DNA from: Botryllus schlosseri
Taxonomy: Eukaryota
Length of the DNA: 60,000 nt
Direction: 5' to 3'
Assembly (NCBI GenBank): GCA_051294905.1
Contig: CM119372.1
Span: forward strand, 32,242,001-32,302,000
This document shows, piece by piece, positions 1 through 14,000 of this stretch. The translations under genes were made by a program, and so were the position numbers. Numbering within the stretch: position 1 is the first letter of the stretch; each line of letters opens with the position of its first letter. The notes beneath the pieces are model-generated. The model did no database searches. It was not told the DNA's origin and worked only from the letters and a program-made list of their open reading frames with translations.

Positions 1-310
1 GATTAGGACCTCTTTTTGACCAATAAATCTATACGTGGATGCAACTATTTTTAGTCCGTAGAAGTTATCATCTTTATGGGCCTATACCAGTATTCATATA
101 AATATTGTGATTAGTAGCTCCATATGAATTTAGTTCCCTATACGTTATGTATCTCTTCTTTCGATCAGGACCTCTTTTCGACCAATAAATCTATACGTGG
201 ATGCAACTATTTTTAGTCGGTAGCAGTTATCATCTTCATAGGCCTATGCCAAAATTCATTTAAATATTGTGATTAGTAGCTCCATACCTAATTTAGTTCC
301 CTACGTTATA
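1..310. repeat. Tandem repeat, period about 162 bp, about two copies visible, cut by the window edge
   Basis: GATYAGGACCTCTTTTYGACCAATAAATCTATACGTGGATGC at positions 1 and 163. Confidence 0.85.
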
Positions 311-1050
311 AATTCATCAGTTCTATAATAGTCGATCCTACACGACATATGACATTTTATGGCCTACACCAAATATCATGTGTTTTATGATGGAAGAGAG
401 CCAGAGATGAGCATTAGTTAATTTCTGATGATGTTTTTATATGGTTTCGAGGCTTCTTCTTAGTGTTTTTCAGGATTAAATGCCAGTTCTGAATTCAAAC
501 AGCTTTTATTTTTGGTGGTTTCTGATTTGCCGTAATATTTTACTATGAACTAGAGTTGGTCAAAGAGATCGGCGTTGCTACTCAAGTAGCACGAATAACG
601 CCTCCTACTTCTACTCAATTACAAGTAGAAGTGATAATTTCCAAGACATCTGAAAACTGTTTCAAGTGGAAGACGAAATGAAAGGTCTAAGAAAGTCAGT
701 AAATATCTAAGTATATTTGGTCGATGGGAGAGTGGTCGCATACATTGAACATTTAGTTGGAGGTTGCTACATACGAAATCGCAAGATACATCGTAGTAGC
801 TAACGTAAAATGACTATGATGACATCACCCATGAGTAGAATCTTTGAAAATAAATTCAGTTACTGGGATTCTGCAGGTAGCCTAAATCTAATTGATGACC
901 TCGAAAAAGTAGAAATATTCAGCATATATAATATCTCAAAGACACGATGTGATAGAGCAAAATTAGCGTCAAATTCATATTCAGCGCCCCTAATTAGGTA
1001 AACTTGACCCAAATAAGTTCTGGCGCAAAAATCGTGTAGACCGGTAATAT

Positions 1051-4000
1051 CCCAGCAAACACCCGATGTCCAGTTGACTTCCTGCGGAAAAGACGCAGGA
1101 CGCCCAGTGTTACTTCCCTGGAGTGGATTTGTCGACTACTAGAAGCGTCCTAAACACTTCCTGAGTTGGTCTACTATGGACGTGAAGCGACTCCATATGG
1201 ACTCATTGGATCTGCTGTGAACGTGACATGACTCCCTATGGATGCGTCAGACCTACTGTGGACGCGACGTGACTCCCTATGGATATGTCATTTACCACCT
1301 GTTCTATTCCTCAGGATTACCATATCAGGACTCCCCTCCTAACCTGGTGCAATTACATGGAATTCAACATCATATAAACTAACGAACTGTTTATATTGGG
1401 TTACTGTAAAACGACAATTGCAAAATACAAGTACAACATTAACTAATAAACTATTACTGGTAAACAAAGTTCAGGCTTACGTGAAAAATCGATCAGGAAG
1501 TCACTACGAATAAATGTGTCAGTGGGAATTTGCATGTAACAGCAAGTTCTAAGTCAATTTTATATTACCATTACAAACATTTCAACTGAAGTGCATCATG
1601 AAATTAGAAATAAACGTGTCACATGACTTTGAAAAAGTACAACTGCTAATACAACTAAAACAGGGAAAAGCATGGAGCAATTATAAGTAAAATTTACATT
1701 GCATATTATAAAACGATGCATTATTTGCACCGCATCATGTTAAGAGCGCGAGTGCGTATTCGCAATAAACTTGGTTGCAACAGCAGTTTTCTTCTTGGTC
1801 TTTGTTTTGCCTGAAACATATACAACAATATCAGCAAATCATTTGTAGAGCCACTCTGCTGACATAGCACATGAAATTTGCGTCAGAGCTGCTCTAATTT
1901 CTATTCCCTCATGCATTAATTGTGATCCGCTACTTCTACTTGTGCTGAGTGATAATTTATGACGATACTACAATGTCTACTCGAGTACGGGAGCTTCTGA
2001 CGTTGTGATACAGAGTTTGAAACCCGTCAGTCAAATTATATTGTGGAAACACCTCAAGTACATACTTCAGTACTTTCCAGAACTTCTACTTTACCTAAAA
2101 TAGTTTTGATAAGCCATGTATATCGCTGCTTGAGTGCTTGAACCCGAGTAGAAATACATTGCGTTACTCTTACTTGTACTAGACTACTGACGCTACAAAT
2201 ATTTCTAATTGAGTGCTGAACATGATTGCTTTCCTTATCTCTGTTTAAAAGCATACAACTACGACATTCCTCAAGTCTCCATATTTTGACCATGTCGACA
2301 CTTGGAAGTAGTTTGATGTCTTGTAAATCGCTATTTATACTATTTAGTACGGTACTAACAGTGAATACTTTGACCACCTTTATTTGGAACTTATCACCTA
2401 CTACAACTAGGGCTTGCCACGAATCTGAATAGAGCAACGATAAGTCGAAACAGATGATCTTTTAGGGTACATAAATTGTATTCAACAAGAATTAGAATTC
2501 CGATTCTATGTACCACTGCGAGGCCTAAAAACATAGATTCGTCATATCGCAGAACACGGCACATGTAGGACGTAGCTACGCACGATCGTGTGAATGACAA
2601 ATGTATTGTCTCAAAGTACAATAAAATAGGAATTATCTTAAATCTAAAAAACATTCTTCGATATGATGTAGAGCCAGTATTCATTTTCTTCGAATTCGCA
2701 TACGAGATAGATATTTCAACTTTTCCTTGTTCATAATGTTGTCACATCATATAGAGCAGAGGCTTCAATTTCAAATGTGGTCGCAGGTCAATTTCCGGAT
2801 TTTTGACGACGCAGCAAAATAGGGATATTCAATGTATAATTTCCAAGTAGGCCTTATTTGACGGGAGCTTGCAGACAGGCATTCCACAAACATCTCGAGA
2901 ATATAATTTACTATTGTATTATTCACGTTTGACACGAAAAAAATCACAGTTTTGAATATTTCAATAAAATTATTTTTGTGCTGGGCATAATTTGTTAAAA
3001 TAATGAGTTATAGAGATGATGCAATAGGATGCATCATGACATCATCAAACTCTGGGTTATACTATTTCAGTTGGTGGACCTTTGACGTGTCACAGTTGTA
3101 TTTTAAAATCTACTGAAATTTGATCTGGTATCAGAGCATTTGAGCGGTGTAGCCTAATCCGGGTTTTGATATAGTCGTGATAAGTAGGCTGTTGCTACTG
3201 TCATTACCAAAGTCAAATTAATTCAGAATTAGATGTTGACTTCGATTATTATTGGAACATATCAACAACTTTAGCCATAGTAATAGCATTGTTTCTTAGC
3301 CTTAGCAATCGCACACTTCATGCTACTCATAAGATTTCTAGCAGCCCAAAATTTATTTTCAACACAATATCTGATGGTACCTATATTAAAATCAGATAGT
3401 CAATTCACATAAAATTGCGCATAGCACGAGAACCACAGCATATAGGTCTAATTCCACGATGCATATCGTACCACAAAAGGGTCTACGGGCCCTGTTCAAG
3501 AACCCCTGGGATAGAATAGAGCACAAAATCTTCTTTTAGAACTTTTTACTTCATTTTGAAGTGAATTTTACAAGCCTGGTAAATGGCTAATTGTACAGTA
3601 GAAATTCAAGGCGTTGCAACTATTTAAACTCCGGTGCAAACAATATGTACTTTGACCACCAACTATGATTAAACGCTAAGAATGCCTACGCAACACCTCG
3701 ACCAAATCTACTTTTTCAAACTTATTATTTGTATACTTTCCAGAAGTGCATTATCTACTTCCATTTCGAGTAGATCTAACGCAACTTTAAAGTTGTTACC
3801 TCTAGGTGTGTATAAATCCATAACATTACATCTACTTCAGTTCAAAAGATGATTACTTTCACAGCCTCTGGTTTCCATGAAGTGTATTCAATGTTTTATA
3901 CCTTTTGACTTTTTCCTGAGGATGACGCAGCACCGATTTTACAGCAACGCTTGTTCCATGTGGCAGTAGTTCTTCCGAACGTTTTTGGTTCCAGTCATCA

Positions 4001-6520
4001 AGACATACTTTGTACAGTGTTCTTGACGTTGTTGAACACTATCAATTGAAGACATTGCCGATCTAAATAATCAAAGATATTATAATGTTTGTAGTGAAGC
4101 CATTTGTCAAGAAGCCAAGCCAGGAATCTAGAATATCCTGTAAAAAAAAAGACAATGAAGTTCAAGCTGGACCATTCGCACATTCTACTCACTACAATGA
4201 CTAATCAGTAGGGCTGAGCACATTGGTATGGTTACTCAAATCTCGAACGAGTATCAATTCTTATGATTCGAGCCAAGTATGTGACTATTTTCAAGACAGC
4301 CTACTGAAATTACACGCTCTGTGCCACTATAACAATGCAGTTTATAATAAAATTATAGTTCCACCCAGCACGTTTTAGCAGCCCGATTGCGAACCACCGT
4401 CAATTGTATATTTCCGCATCATCGATGGCACTTTTTTCAGGGTAATAAATTGCTAATTAATGAAATATCATAAATCATCATATATAGTTCGTAACTTCAA
4501 CTTACATAATTTAACATCTTGATCCATGAACAATGCACCACTGCGGCGCCTTCCTCTGAAGTTTAGAACTACATAACATTGCCTGTTCAATATCTAGTCT
4601 CCTGGTAGAAATGAAGTAACTTTGTATACACAAACACAGATATGTCCCATCCATATATAGTAAGAATCCATTGATAATAAGGTTGTGTTTTCTTATCGAC
4701 GGCAAGATGACCAATGTGAGCAATCAGCCTTCCTTAGGGCCCATCCATAGCCTACTTTTTTGATACTGCTGCAATGTAGGCAATGTTTCCGTGTATATAT
4801 ACTAATATCGAAAGTTATAATCAAGCAATAAAAGTATGCACGGAGGTCGTGCCAACATTGCGGTAACATTGCCAACAACCCGTCTGCACCAGGCCATGAA
4901 CATGTTAAGTTTATAGAGTTTATAATTGGTTTAGTGTTTGAGTATCCTTTGATTAGAGCGAGGTTAAAGATGGGCTAACAAACTATTATAATGTTGTTCC
5001 TAAAATACCCTAAATATAAACCAATATTGCCAAAAATTCTTACATGTTCACTGAAAGCCTCAATTATTTTATTAACGCTATTATAGATGGTTATGGTTAT
5101 ATACTGTTGTGGAAACAAAAATACGAAAATGGATGTTAATGTGATGCTACAATCTTCATGCATCCACAAATTCAGCAATCTCACATTCCATAAAGGAACA
5201 TTCCACATTTCTGTAAGCCTATACATAACATTTCAAAATTCAGTATATACCGATATGTTATAAAATACCGGTACATTACTTATGCGGCATCTGGTTTGCT
5301 GATTGGGTCCTGCAGTCCTAGGAAATCCTTGTAAAACTTTTCACAGGATGCACATGAAATGGCAAGTTATTGCTTGTGAGACATGGAACAGAGCACAATA
5401 AATCAGACTTCTATGATCAATACATTATCATATAGTATCAAATGTAGCCTACTACAAGAATTATCGGCTTGCATGAGTTACCAATTAGCAGCGGGTCGAT
5501 CAATTCCGTCAGTATAGGTGATATTACAGCCGTGTCACTATAATCATATAATCGAATTCATTATATCGCATCAGCAGTTCATGATGATCGAGACTATTGC
5601 TGTTTATTAAATATAGCACTCAAATACCAAGCTCCCTGCCCTTCCGGTACTCGTGATAGAGACATCTCACAGTCCACGCTGTTAACGTTTCCAATTATGA
5701 ACTAAACCATTACTGTGATAATTCGTCCCTCCGCCATTGCTACATACGGTGATCAAATTGAATTACACGCGCGGCGCATGCGCGATGCTCGCCAAATAGA
5801 AGAAGGCAGGCTTCTGGTTTTATGGTTGGATGAATCTGAAGCAACAGGCGTGTTCGACTCCATTATCGAAATAGCCGAGAGGATTGCTTACTGCGTTGTT
5901 CCGTGATTGGAATAGTCATCACAATCCCATCATGACGATTATCAAGTTCTGATATCGGAATATTTCACATGCATTACGAGTATTTGCCCCTGATGTGGGC
6001 ATTTTCGACCCAGTAATGTCACAATAAAATAAGCCACTGTGTCTCTGTATCGCACATTATATCGAGCCTCTTTAGCACTGTGCGACCGCAATGATCGACA
6101 GCCGGGCTTGTGAAGTTCCACGCGATGAGAAAGTCACACCATATCAACATCCACGGCATCACTCCACTAGATTTCACTTGTATCATGACTGTATTCAACA
6201 CAACTTATTCAGCATTGACTGCAGAATAATGCACATTTGAGTTCATAGAAACGATTTCCCAGTAATGACATCCAAATCAACTCCTGTGTTGGTGGCATCC
6301 AGGCATCACACTATTTTGACATCCACTGGAATGGTCATTGGTGACTGGCATGGGAGCACTCTTAAAGTTACTTCCTCTGGGGGTCTCTTGGAGTTACATA
6401 ATTGGACGTCAATTTGTGACCTACTGAGCAAGTCCTCAGTCACTAAAAGTGGGACGTGGGACGACTGGGCACAATTGTGGACGTACCCGTAAGTCCGTGG
6501 GAGATCGGGTGTTTGCTGGG
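1051..6520. mobile_element. 5.47-kb non-autonomous DNA transposon with CCCAG ends and 2-bp TSD (CMC/EnSpm-like)
   Basis: TIR CCCAGCAAACACCCGAT(G/C)TCC at both ends, AT on both flanks, about 40-bp subterminal tandem repeats at 1170-1290; no transposase recognised. Confidence 0.8.
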
Positions 6521-7326
6521 ATAGATCAAATTTACGGAACATGACTCTTCCGTGCTTGCTAATATTCTGGCACCAGACATATCAAAGCTATATCCTTATT
6601 ATCGGCTTCGAATGCTGAGACAAAGCAGAATAGAGAATGTTTCACAAATTTCAGTCTCTTATGGTAATGCCAATCGCGTCGTCGCATACTGACCTCAGCA
6701 TGATCTGTGTTGATATATCCTGGCTTCAAGTCGGACAGCTCCGAAGCAACAGGAGTCGGAATTGCAACGCCCAAAAACTCCGACATCTCAAAATGCAATC
6801 GATTACGATTCATTAGTATCGTCCCATGATTGCCTATTGTAATAAAGCTAACTATGGCAATGATTTGTAAATGTCTCATCGAAGAGTGGTAGAGTAACAC
6901 CAGTTCCGTACTATGTTAGTAGTACTAATACTATAGGCTAGCCTATTATTACTGTTTTCTACTCTATATTTTGAAGAATACAATGGCAGTATCGGGTCAA
7001 CATACCAGAATTCAAATCAAATCCATTGTCAAATGTTGACGTTAAACCCAAGTTCGAATAAATTCATGAATTCACTCGATACCCTTAGTAAATCTTTCTT
7101 AATATCCACTAATGACACAAATCCCAGCAAAACTTGAACGTACATCGGACGTTGTTATTAATTTATTCTATGAGTGATATGAGCTAACTTCGTGAATCCA
7201 GTTCGGGCTCATTATTGAAATTAATATAGCTCATTTGATATATCCTTTTAACTAGGTAATGTATCATTTAAATTCATATCCAAATGTGCATAAAGATTGA
7301 AATAATTTGTTTCGCATATGTTAGAT

Positions 7327-8645
7327 CAGGGGTGGGCAAACTTTTGAGCTCGCGGGCCGCATTCAACATCTGCATCCATTCGCGGGCCGCACTATATAAA
7401 ATTGGGATTATAAACCAAAACGCAATATTGGTATTTGATTATATAGTGAGGACATGGATATAATATATGTGCTTATTTAAAACTAAGAAAACATTGCTTT
7501 GATGATCGTACACGCGTCAGAAACAGTGGCGAGATTTTATAGGCTGGTCGACCTCAATAACGAATTTGTCGAAACTATAGAAATGAAAGTCGGTCGTCCC
7601 AGTTCTTAAAAAGTCATTCAAATCTAAATCTGTGAGCAGTGATCCGTTTCCTAAATCCACTTTTGGTTCCATTCCACGACACACAATGTTGACAGCATCA
7701 TAACAATGTTAGCTTCAAACACGCTTCTACTATATGTGTGGATAAAATATAAATACCCTAATTCTACGCATACAGACAACGAATCTACCTAAGACACGCG
7801 CGAATCGTTTTTTATAAGCACATCACTGAAATAATTAAAAGAGGAGTTGCCAATCTGAAATCACACTCGTGACCCGAATTGTGTCAATCTCATTTAGGAT
7901 TTCTGTGATATTTAGCATTTGAAACCTTTCAAACTGCGTGGGCCTTGAGATCGGGCTGTCGCGCCAGAAATTAAACATAAAAAACCTTAAGACGTTAGAA
8001 CAGTGGTTCTCAAACTTTTAAAGACACGCCACCCCCCCTTATGATGGTGAAAGATTTCGTGCCCCCTTATCGTCATATCAAAAAACGCAACCAGGATGCT
8101 GGCAAACCCAACGGACAGTTTGATGTCATGGAAGGCTACGACTGTTCAGACTAAATACAGAGCGAAAACTGTTATGTTCTTGATCTTGTTTGAACAATAA
8201 CTCAATACGACGAGGTTGCAATACGGAATCAGTATATTGTACAGCAGAATAACTTTAGGCAGCGACACGATCCAGACTGCAGTTAAATGAAAGACCACGA
8301 GAGAACAGACAAATAAGAGACAAGCGATACCAACGTAAAATGCACGAACATAACAAAAACTATGAATAGGGTGTAAGTCGCGCGAAGCGCGAAAAAAATT
8401 CAGTTGCGCTCAGTTTCACACTCCCTTCAGATGCTTTCACGCCCCCCCCCCAGTTTTAGAACCACTTCCTTAGCATTATCATGGTGAAATATACTAAGAA
8501 ATAGTTTAATCAAGTCCCTGCTGAAATTATTAGTAGGCTACGCATTTTGTCAATATTTTTAAAAGTTTCTTTAAACTCTCGCGGGTCGCACAGAACGGTG
8601 ATGCGGGCCGCATGCGGCCCGCGGGCCGTAGTTTGCCCACCCCTG
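7327..8645. mobile_element. hAT (Buster-type) composite MITE, 1319 bp, copy 1, with an inner MITE at 8001-8467
   Basis: TIR CAGGGGTGGGCAAAC, perfect 8-bp TSD TGTTAGAT; inner element CAGTGGTTCTCAAAC with a degenerate TSD. Confidence 0.93.
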
Positions 8646-9369
8646 TGTTAGATTGTCTCCGATATCTTAAGCCCGGAAAAAGCTGACTGTTCAAGAAGCT
8701 CAAGCTGTTCCATTCGCATCTAAAGTAAAATAAGCTTGTTATACAAACAAAATGACTGAAGAATATGCCAAGCTTATTAAGTTAGTTAAGATACGAATGG
8801 AACGGCCACTTGAGCGTGTGATTTATTTTCGTAAGAGATTCTTGATCCGAAGACTAAGCTATTGTACTGTCTGAAAGACTTTTAAATCATCATCCCCTTA
8901 TTTCAAACTAGTCCATCCATCGATCGTATCCGATGATCACATTTGTGCCCATAGGCATTGTGCTTACATCAATTCATTGCAATGCATATAAGGGATTAGA
9001 AGATGTTTTGAATTGGCCTAATCGCATTTATCGAAATGGAGAGTGAACACTGAACAGGATGCGACTTGAACATGTTGCATATCTAGTAAAAGGCATGTTC
9101 AAAATTGTGCAATTCTGCATACATGCTACCTCATGAGGTTGAATCAAGTCAAACTATTAAGGTGCCAACTAAGCCTAACCTACACATATTTTAGTATTTA
9201 AGCTTTCTGAACTATAGCTCAAACGTTTTGGATCAAGCTAGGATTACCTTTCGTCTTCTGAGGATTTGCCCTATTTTCACGAACGCCCAGACGAGACCGC
9301 TGAAAATTTCATTTTAACTTGGTCCCCTTCTTCAGGCTATTGATTTTGTTAAAGTCGCCAAGAGTGAGT

Positions 9370-9780
9370 TGTTCTGTAATGCCTTGGGTCACGTTTGTGG
9401 ACCAAGTGGGTTTGGGGTGTGGTATTGTATTCTACTTGTTTTAGGGGGAGGGGTTATCGCTATGCTGTTGGAATTTTGGTGAAAAATTTTCCCGTATTGC
9501 GTAATTTTATTGCTGTGTGCCGGGAAAAAAATGAAATTTTGTTCGGTTTCGTCAGATCGTTAAATGGCGAAAAAACAAATTTGACAGCTCTGCAGGAACT
9601 AGGTTATACAACGAAGCCTTTCGAGTATCCCAAACCCTCAAGTATCCCATACCCGAATAATTCAACAAAAATTGTAAATGCAACTTTTTACTGCAACTTT
9701 TGTTAAAATTAAATGCAACTTTTTCGCGATTTTAGTGCAACAAAAATTTGCCTTAGTGATAACCTAATATGGTAACCCTA
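9370..9780. mobile_element. Dispersed repeat, probably the end of a TAGGG-type DNA transposon; related inverted copy at about 59590-60000
   Basis: Reverse-complement similarity to the end of the window; the ORF-track peptides 9395 and 59717 resemble each other. Confidence 0.7.
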
Positions 9781-9959
9781 GTTAAGCAAAATTGCAAATT
9801 CATTCGAAGACTTTTCGAAACTAACGCTCCTTTGCGGGCTTCAAAATATTTTTCTTCAGGCTCCATATGACCCAAGAATAATTGGATTTGCCGTACGGAA
9901 CCACTTGCACTGTAATCGTCAAACAAAAACAATCAACAAAAACTTATAGTCGGTTGTGA

Positions 9960-11002
9960 TCACTTCGATGCTTCATCGACATCGATGATTGTGTACATAA
10001 GATTATTCCTGATATCTTGTGGCAAGTTCGTCCTCTCATTTAGCTTTTTCACGTCCTTTCGGCTATTGCTACCCATACTAGACAGAAGATGTTCCGCGAC
10101 AGTCATCACGTGAAAAAATTCAGCCTTGGTCGTTTCAACTCTTACTTGAAGATCTCGCGAAGTTTGACATGATTGCGGAAACCAAAATAGTCACACCCGT
10201 CCCTCAGCTTGTGCCTGCGTGGTCTCTGCTCAATCCCGTACACATATACAACTACGTACGTGTTAATCAAGGCGATGAATATTTCCCAGTCTTCTTCAAC
10301 TTTAGCTTTGTCGATAATCAATCGGGCATCACGAGACAGATTTAACCATTTCCATTTTCTTGCGTTGAGTATTTCAACCGTTAGCTCCGCACGCGTTTTT
10401 TGCTTCTTTAAAAACATCAATCAGATCCCGAGTACTCTGTAGCTGAAATCTGGTAATTGATGTCACTTCATTCTCATACGCTGGAAGATATGCGTTGATC
10501 AAAGGGACAATTATCTCCAAAATTGCTTTTGCTTCCTCGATTTCAAAAGGGACATCGCCCGGCGATTTATGATAGCTTGGATTTATTACGTATAGAGTCT
10601 TTTGTCGTTTCGATCGTTTCGTAGGCGCTTTAGCGCTTCTTTAAACATGGCGACGAGTTTTTGAGTTCCACATAAATTAAACCTATCTTGTCAGCCGATG
10701 TTATGAAGGAAATATGTCGTACACGCCAAGGTGGTTTAGATACCGCGTTTGACAGAAGATGTACAGTCATGAGATTTATGTCAAAATCGGGCCTAGTGTA
10801 TTCTATTTCTGTCGTGTACGACATATTTCTTTCATAACATCGGCTGACATCTATATAAAGTTCAATCTCTGCGTGACTGCTCGAGCGTGAGGTTCTTGTG
10901 GAAATTCCAATAAATTGCAGCTCCGTTACGGTGGCGTTCTGAAGAAAACGGCTGCGGACAAAGTTCTTTTTCGTTTTGCCCTTCAATTTGAGACCACATC
11001 AT
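9960..11002 (-). pseudogene. Decayed intronless gene with about three internal helical repeats, unknown family
   Basis: Hand translation across frameshifts gives IDRFNLCGTQKLVAMFKEALKRLR / ITRFQLQSTRDLIDVFKEAKNACG / CDYFGFRNHVKLREIFK*ELKR. Removing the 10689-10849 MITE restores the frame. A paralogous N-terminus lies at 32502. Confidence 0.6.
10689..10849. mobile_element. 161-bp MITE, TGT...ACA ends, 37-bp TIR, 3-bp TSD TCT
   Basis: TGTCAGCCGATGTTATGAARGAAATATGTCGTACACG and its reverse complement; TCT on both flanks. Confidence 0.85.
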
Positions 11003-14000
11003 TTATAGAGTGCAGTGCAGTCCTCGTATAGGCCTACACATGGGCTGGTAAGGATTTTGTATTCGTGAAACGTTGTTACGACATCTTGGAGGGACAAGTA
11101 ACTCACAATACTGTTGTTGATGTACGGTTAATTTATCATGGAAATTATTCCTGTCACGGGTCGCCGCATGCCTTTACCGATTCTGTTTATCTATCATGAT
11201 TACGTCTCATCGGAAAATTCTCTAGGTCTCTCACCGCATTTACCGATATTTGATCCTGATTGAAATAGTCAGATATCGAGTCGAATAAATTTGGATATAT
11301 ACAAATATACCCCACTGGAAGGAATTAATTATACTGAAAAATTGGATAACAAAATATAATCGTTTCACTAACTTCTGAAATTGGTAATGATTCTGTAACT
11401 TTCGGTTGGCCATTACGATCAAACTCAGTGTACACATCAGTTGAATTCACTCAAATCTGGTAGACGACACCCCTCTATTTCAACAATACATCAACAACAT
11501 ATTTTGCAACGTATTATCTCGAAGTTAGCAAGACTTTTACGATGGATATGCGACGGTTCTGCATTATTGAATAATAGCACCAGCATTTTCCACCAGGCAA
11601 TTCCAGCGTGCTAGGCGCCTAACAGAGAGTCCTGCTGATACCAGTTTTAACGAGATCTTTGAATATTATCAGTTGAAATACCCTATTACAACTCACTTTA
11701 TTATCACAGTCTACCACTACGCTATATCGTTGGTGTTGTCGATCATTCAGAATACTGTATTAGATCCCAGTATGTTATCAATTCGGTATAGCTATTGAGT
11801 TGCAGTCGACAACAATTGAATATACTGACAGCCTGAGGCCTCTTTTCGAACCAATCAACTTTGCTCTTCAGATGCTTAGCTATTTAACTAAATATTAATT
11901 ATTGGCAATTTATGACGGGCGCTCGCTTCCAATTTGTAATTAACGTTAGTTGGATACAATAATCATCTACACGCCGTCATGTCTGTTTTGGGACAGATCA
12001 AATACTATTTTATTAGTCGTCTCCAAATGTACTGCAAACTGCTGTATATTCATTGCAACATAATCACACACATATTACGTTGTTCACTTACTTTCGATAG
12101 GCTATCTAGTTCGATATCCTCTCATATCGAGGGGGTATTCTGTTAACTCGAATTGTAGTCGTACATAACTGAAATATATCTCAAATCCACAATCCGCGGA
12201 TTAGGAAATGAACCTAGCGCATTATCTAGCTGGAGCAAGTATATTGACAAGCAAGATTACTAGTTCAGGAACATCAAAGTTGTGATCCGCCGCAATATGT
12301 AGTCTTATGTAACAAAATTTATTAAAATCAACGCAAAATCTGATCCTATATCTGAAGATTTCTCTGTTTTATTGGCTATGAATTAATGGATATTTGTTAT
12401 AACCCTATAAACCAAGAAACACACCCAGAAAGCTTCTATCGGAATGTTGTTACGAAATTATGATGGTTGTGAAACTCAAATTTACGTAATGATGACCACG
12501 CGTTTTTGGCTCAACTGTGCTGATTCAGTGTATGCCACTACATCCGCTTTCGAACCACACTTTTGATTACGTAAAAATGTTAGTGCGCAATAGTTATTCA
12601 CTACGGCTGGTGCCAGACAAAGTTATTGTAAAAGCTGCGATTAGTGGTGCGTCGTCAGTCAAACAAAGATTAGGGAGGCACTGTACTTACATTTCCTAAT
12701 AAATTTATTTTAATTATTCCACGCTGCAAAAAGTAACAAGTATGCATTATTTTCATCGGTACTCTTCCGCACCACGTTGGTCATCCGCACTGCAATGCTT
12801 CACTATCGTACAAGTGTGTACTATCCCACAAGTTGACGAACAGTGATCAAATACACGCAGTAGAAGGCTGGTCAGGTTCGTACCAAAGACCTGGGCATTG
12901 TATGGTATTGAAGTATGGAATGGAATGGCGGAACGAAATTTCGGTATTATATATGGGAATTTCCAAGTATGGTATGGAATTTGTTTTCCATACTTCCATA
13001 CTTTGGCAGTTTTGCCATAACCATGACATTTGACAATGATTCTTCTTTCAATCTATCAAATCGATTTCATCGCTCAGATAATCGTTCACCTACAGGTCTA
13101 TCTTAATATCTCAAATTGCGACTCAGACTATCAAAACTAATGATATTCGACCGCTGCCCCGTCACAGCTTACATTTCTCTTATCGTAAATTCCAATCCGT
13201 CAATTACGAAGAGCACTTTTGAAATCGTATACTATGATAATGTAGCAGTTACATGAACATTTGTATCACGCAATATATATTTGACATGCGTATCATTGCA
13301 ATTGCCAAGATACGTAGCTTGTGTCGGAGCTAAGTTGCGTCATGCCGGCCTCCAACACGCTTTGTAACATCATGAAATCTGGTTATATCTCATAAAAGAA
13401 TGGACTCGCTGGTATTAGTTTATGAGAATGAGTATGACCCAGACATTGGTGGGGTAATCGGACATTTGATCTGCTATTGCAAAATCCATAATGATTATGA
13501 CGATGTAAAATTGTGTTCCGAGATATATTCTAATGTGACAATACCTTTGTTTTATTTAATTTTGTACATGATATTATTGCTAGCAGTGCGTTACCACACT
13601 AGATTTACATGTCATAACTAGGGCGATTTTTTTGACATGTCAAAATAAGTCAAAATTTTGTCGAAATTGTATCGTTAGGTAAAAAAATTTGTCAAAATTG
13701 TTTACAAAGTCAAACTTGTTTTGCAACCTGCATTTCGTTTGCATCGTAGATGTTTGCACAGTCGATGAAACATAGCTTATATAAAGGCTATGGATGAACT
13801 TATCATTTTACACTTCACAGCTTGTAGCCTACTTTATAGCAGTGTTGGGATCAAGTCACTACCTTCGAGTCACGAGTCATTTCGAGTCATTGCACATTTT
13901 GACTCGAGTCAAGTGAAGTCAATCGATTTTCGAAGGTGACCCGAGTCAAGTCAAGTCACTCGATTTTTAGAGGCGACTCGGGTCAAGTCGAGTCAATTCA

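Noticed and set aside
6559..6900. NKDIALICL as a trypsin catalytic-Asp motif
   Set aside because: No TAAHC or GDSGG motif found nearby; a single short match is not enough
10630..10986. 118-aa ORF as an intact gene
   Set aside because: It reads through the 161-bp MITE and leaves the ancestral frame; treated as part of the pseudogene
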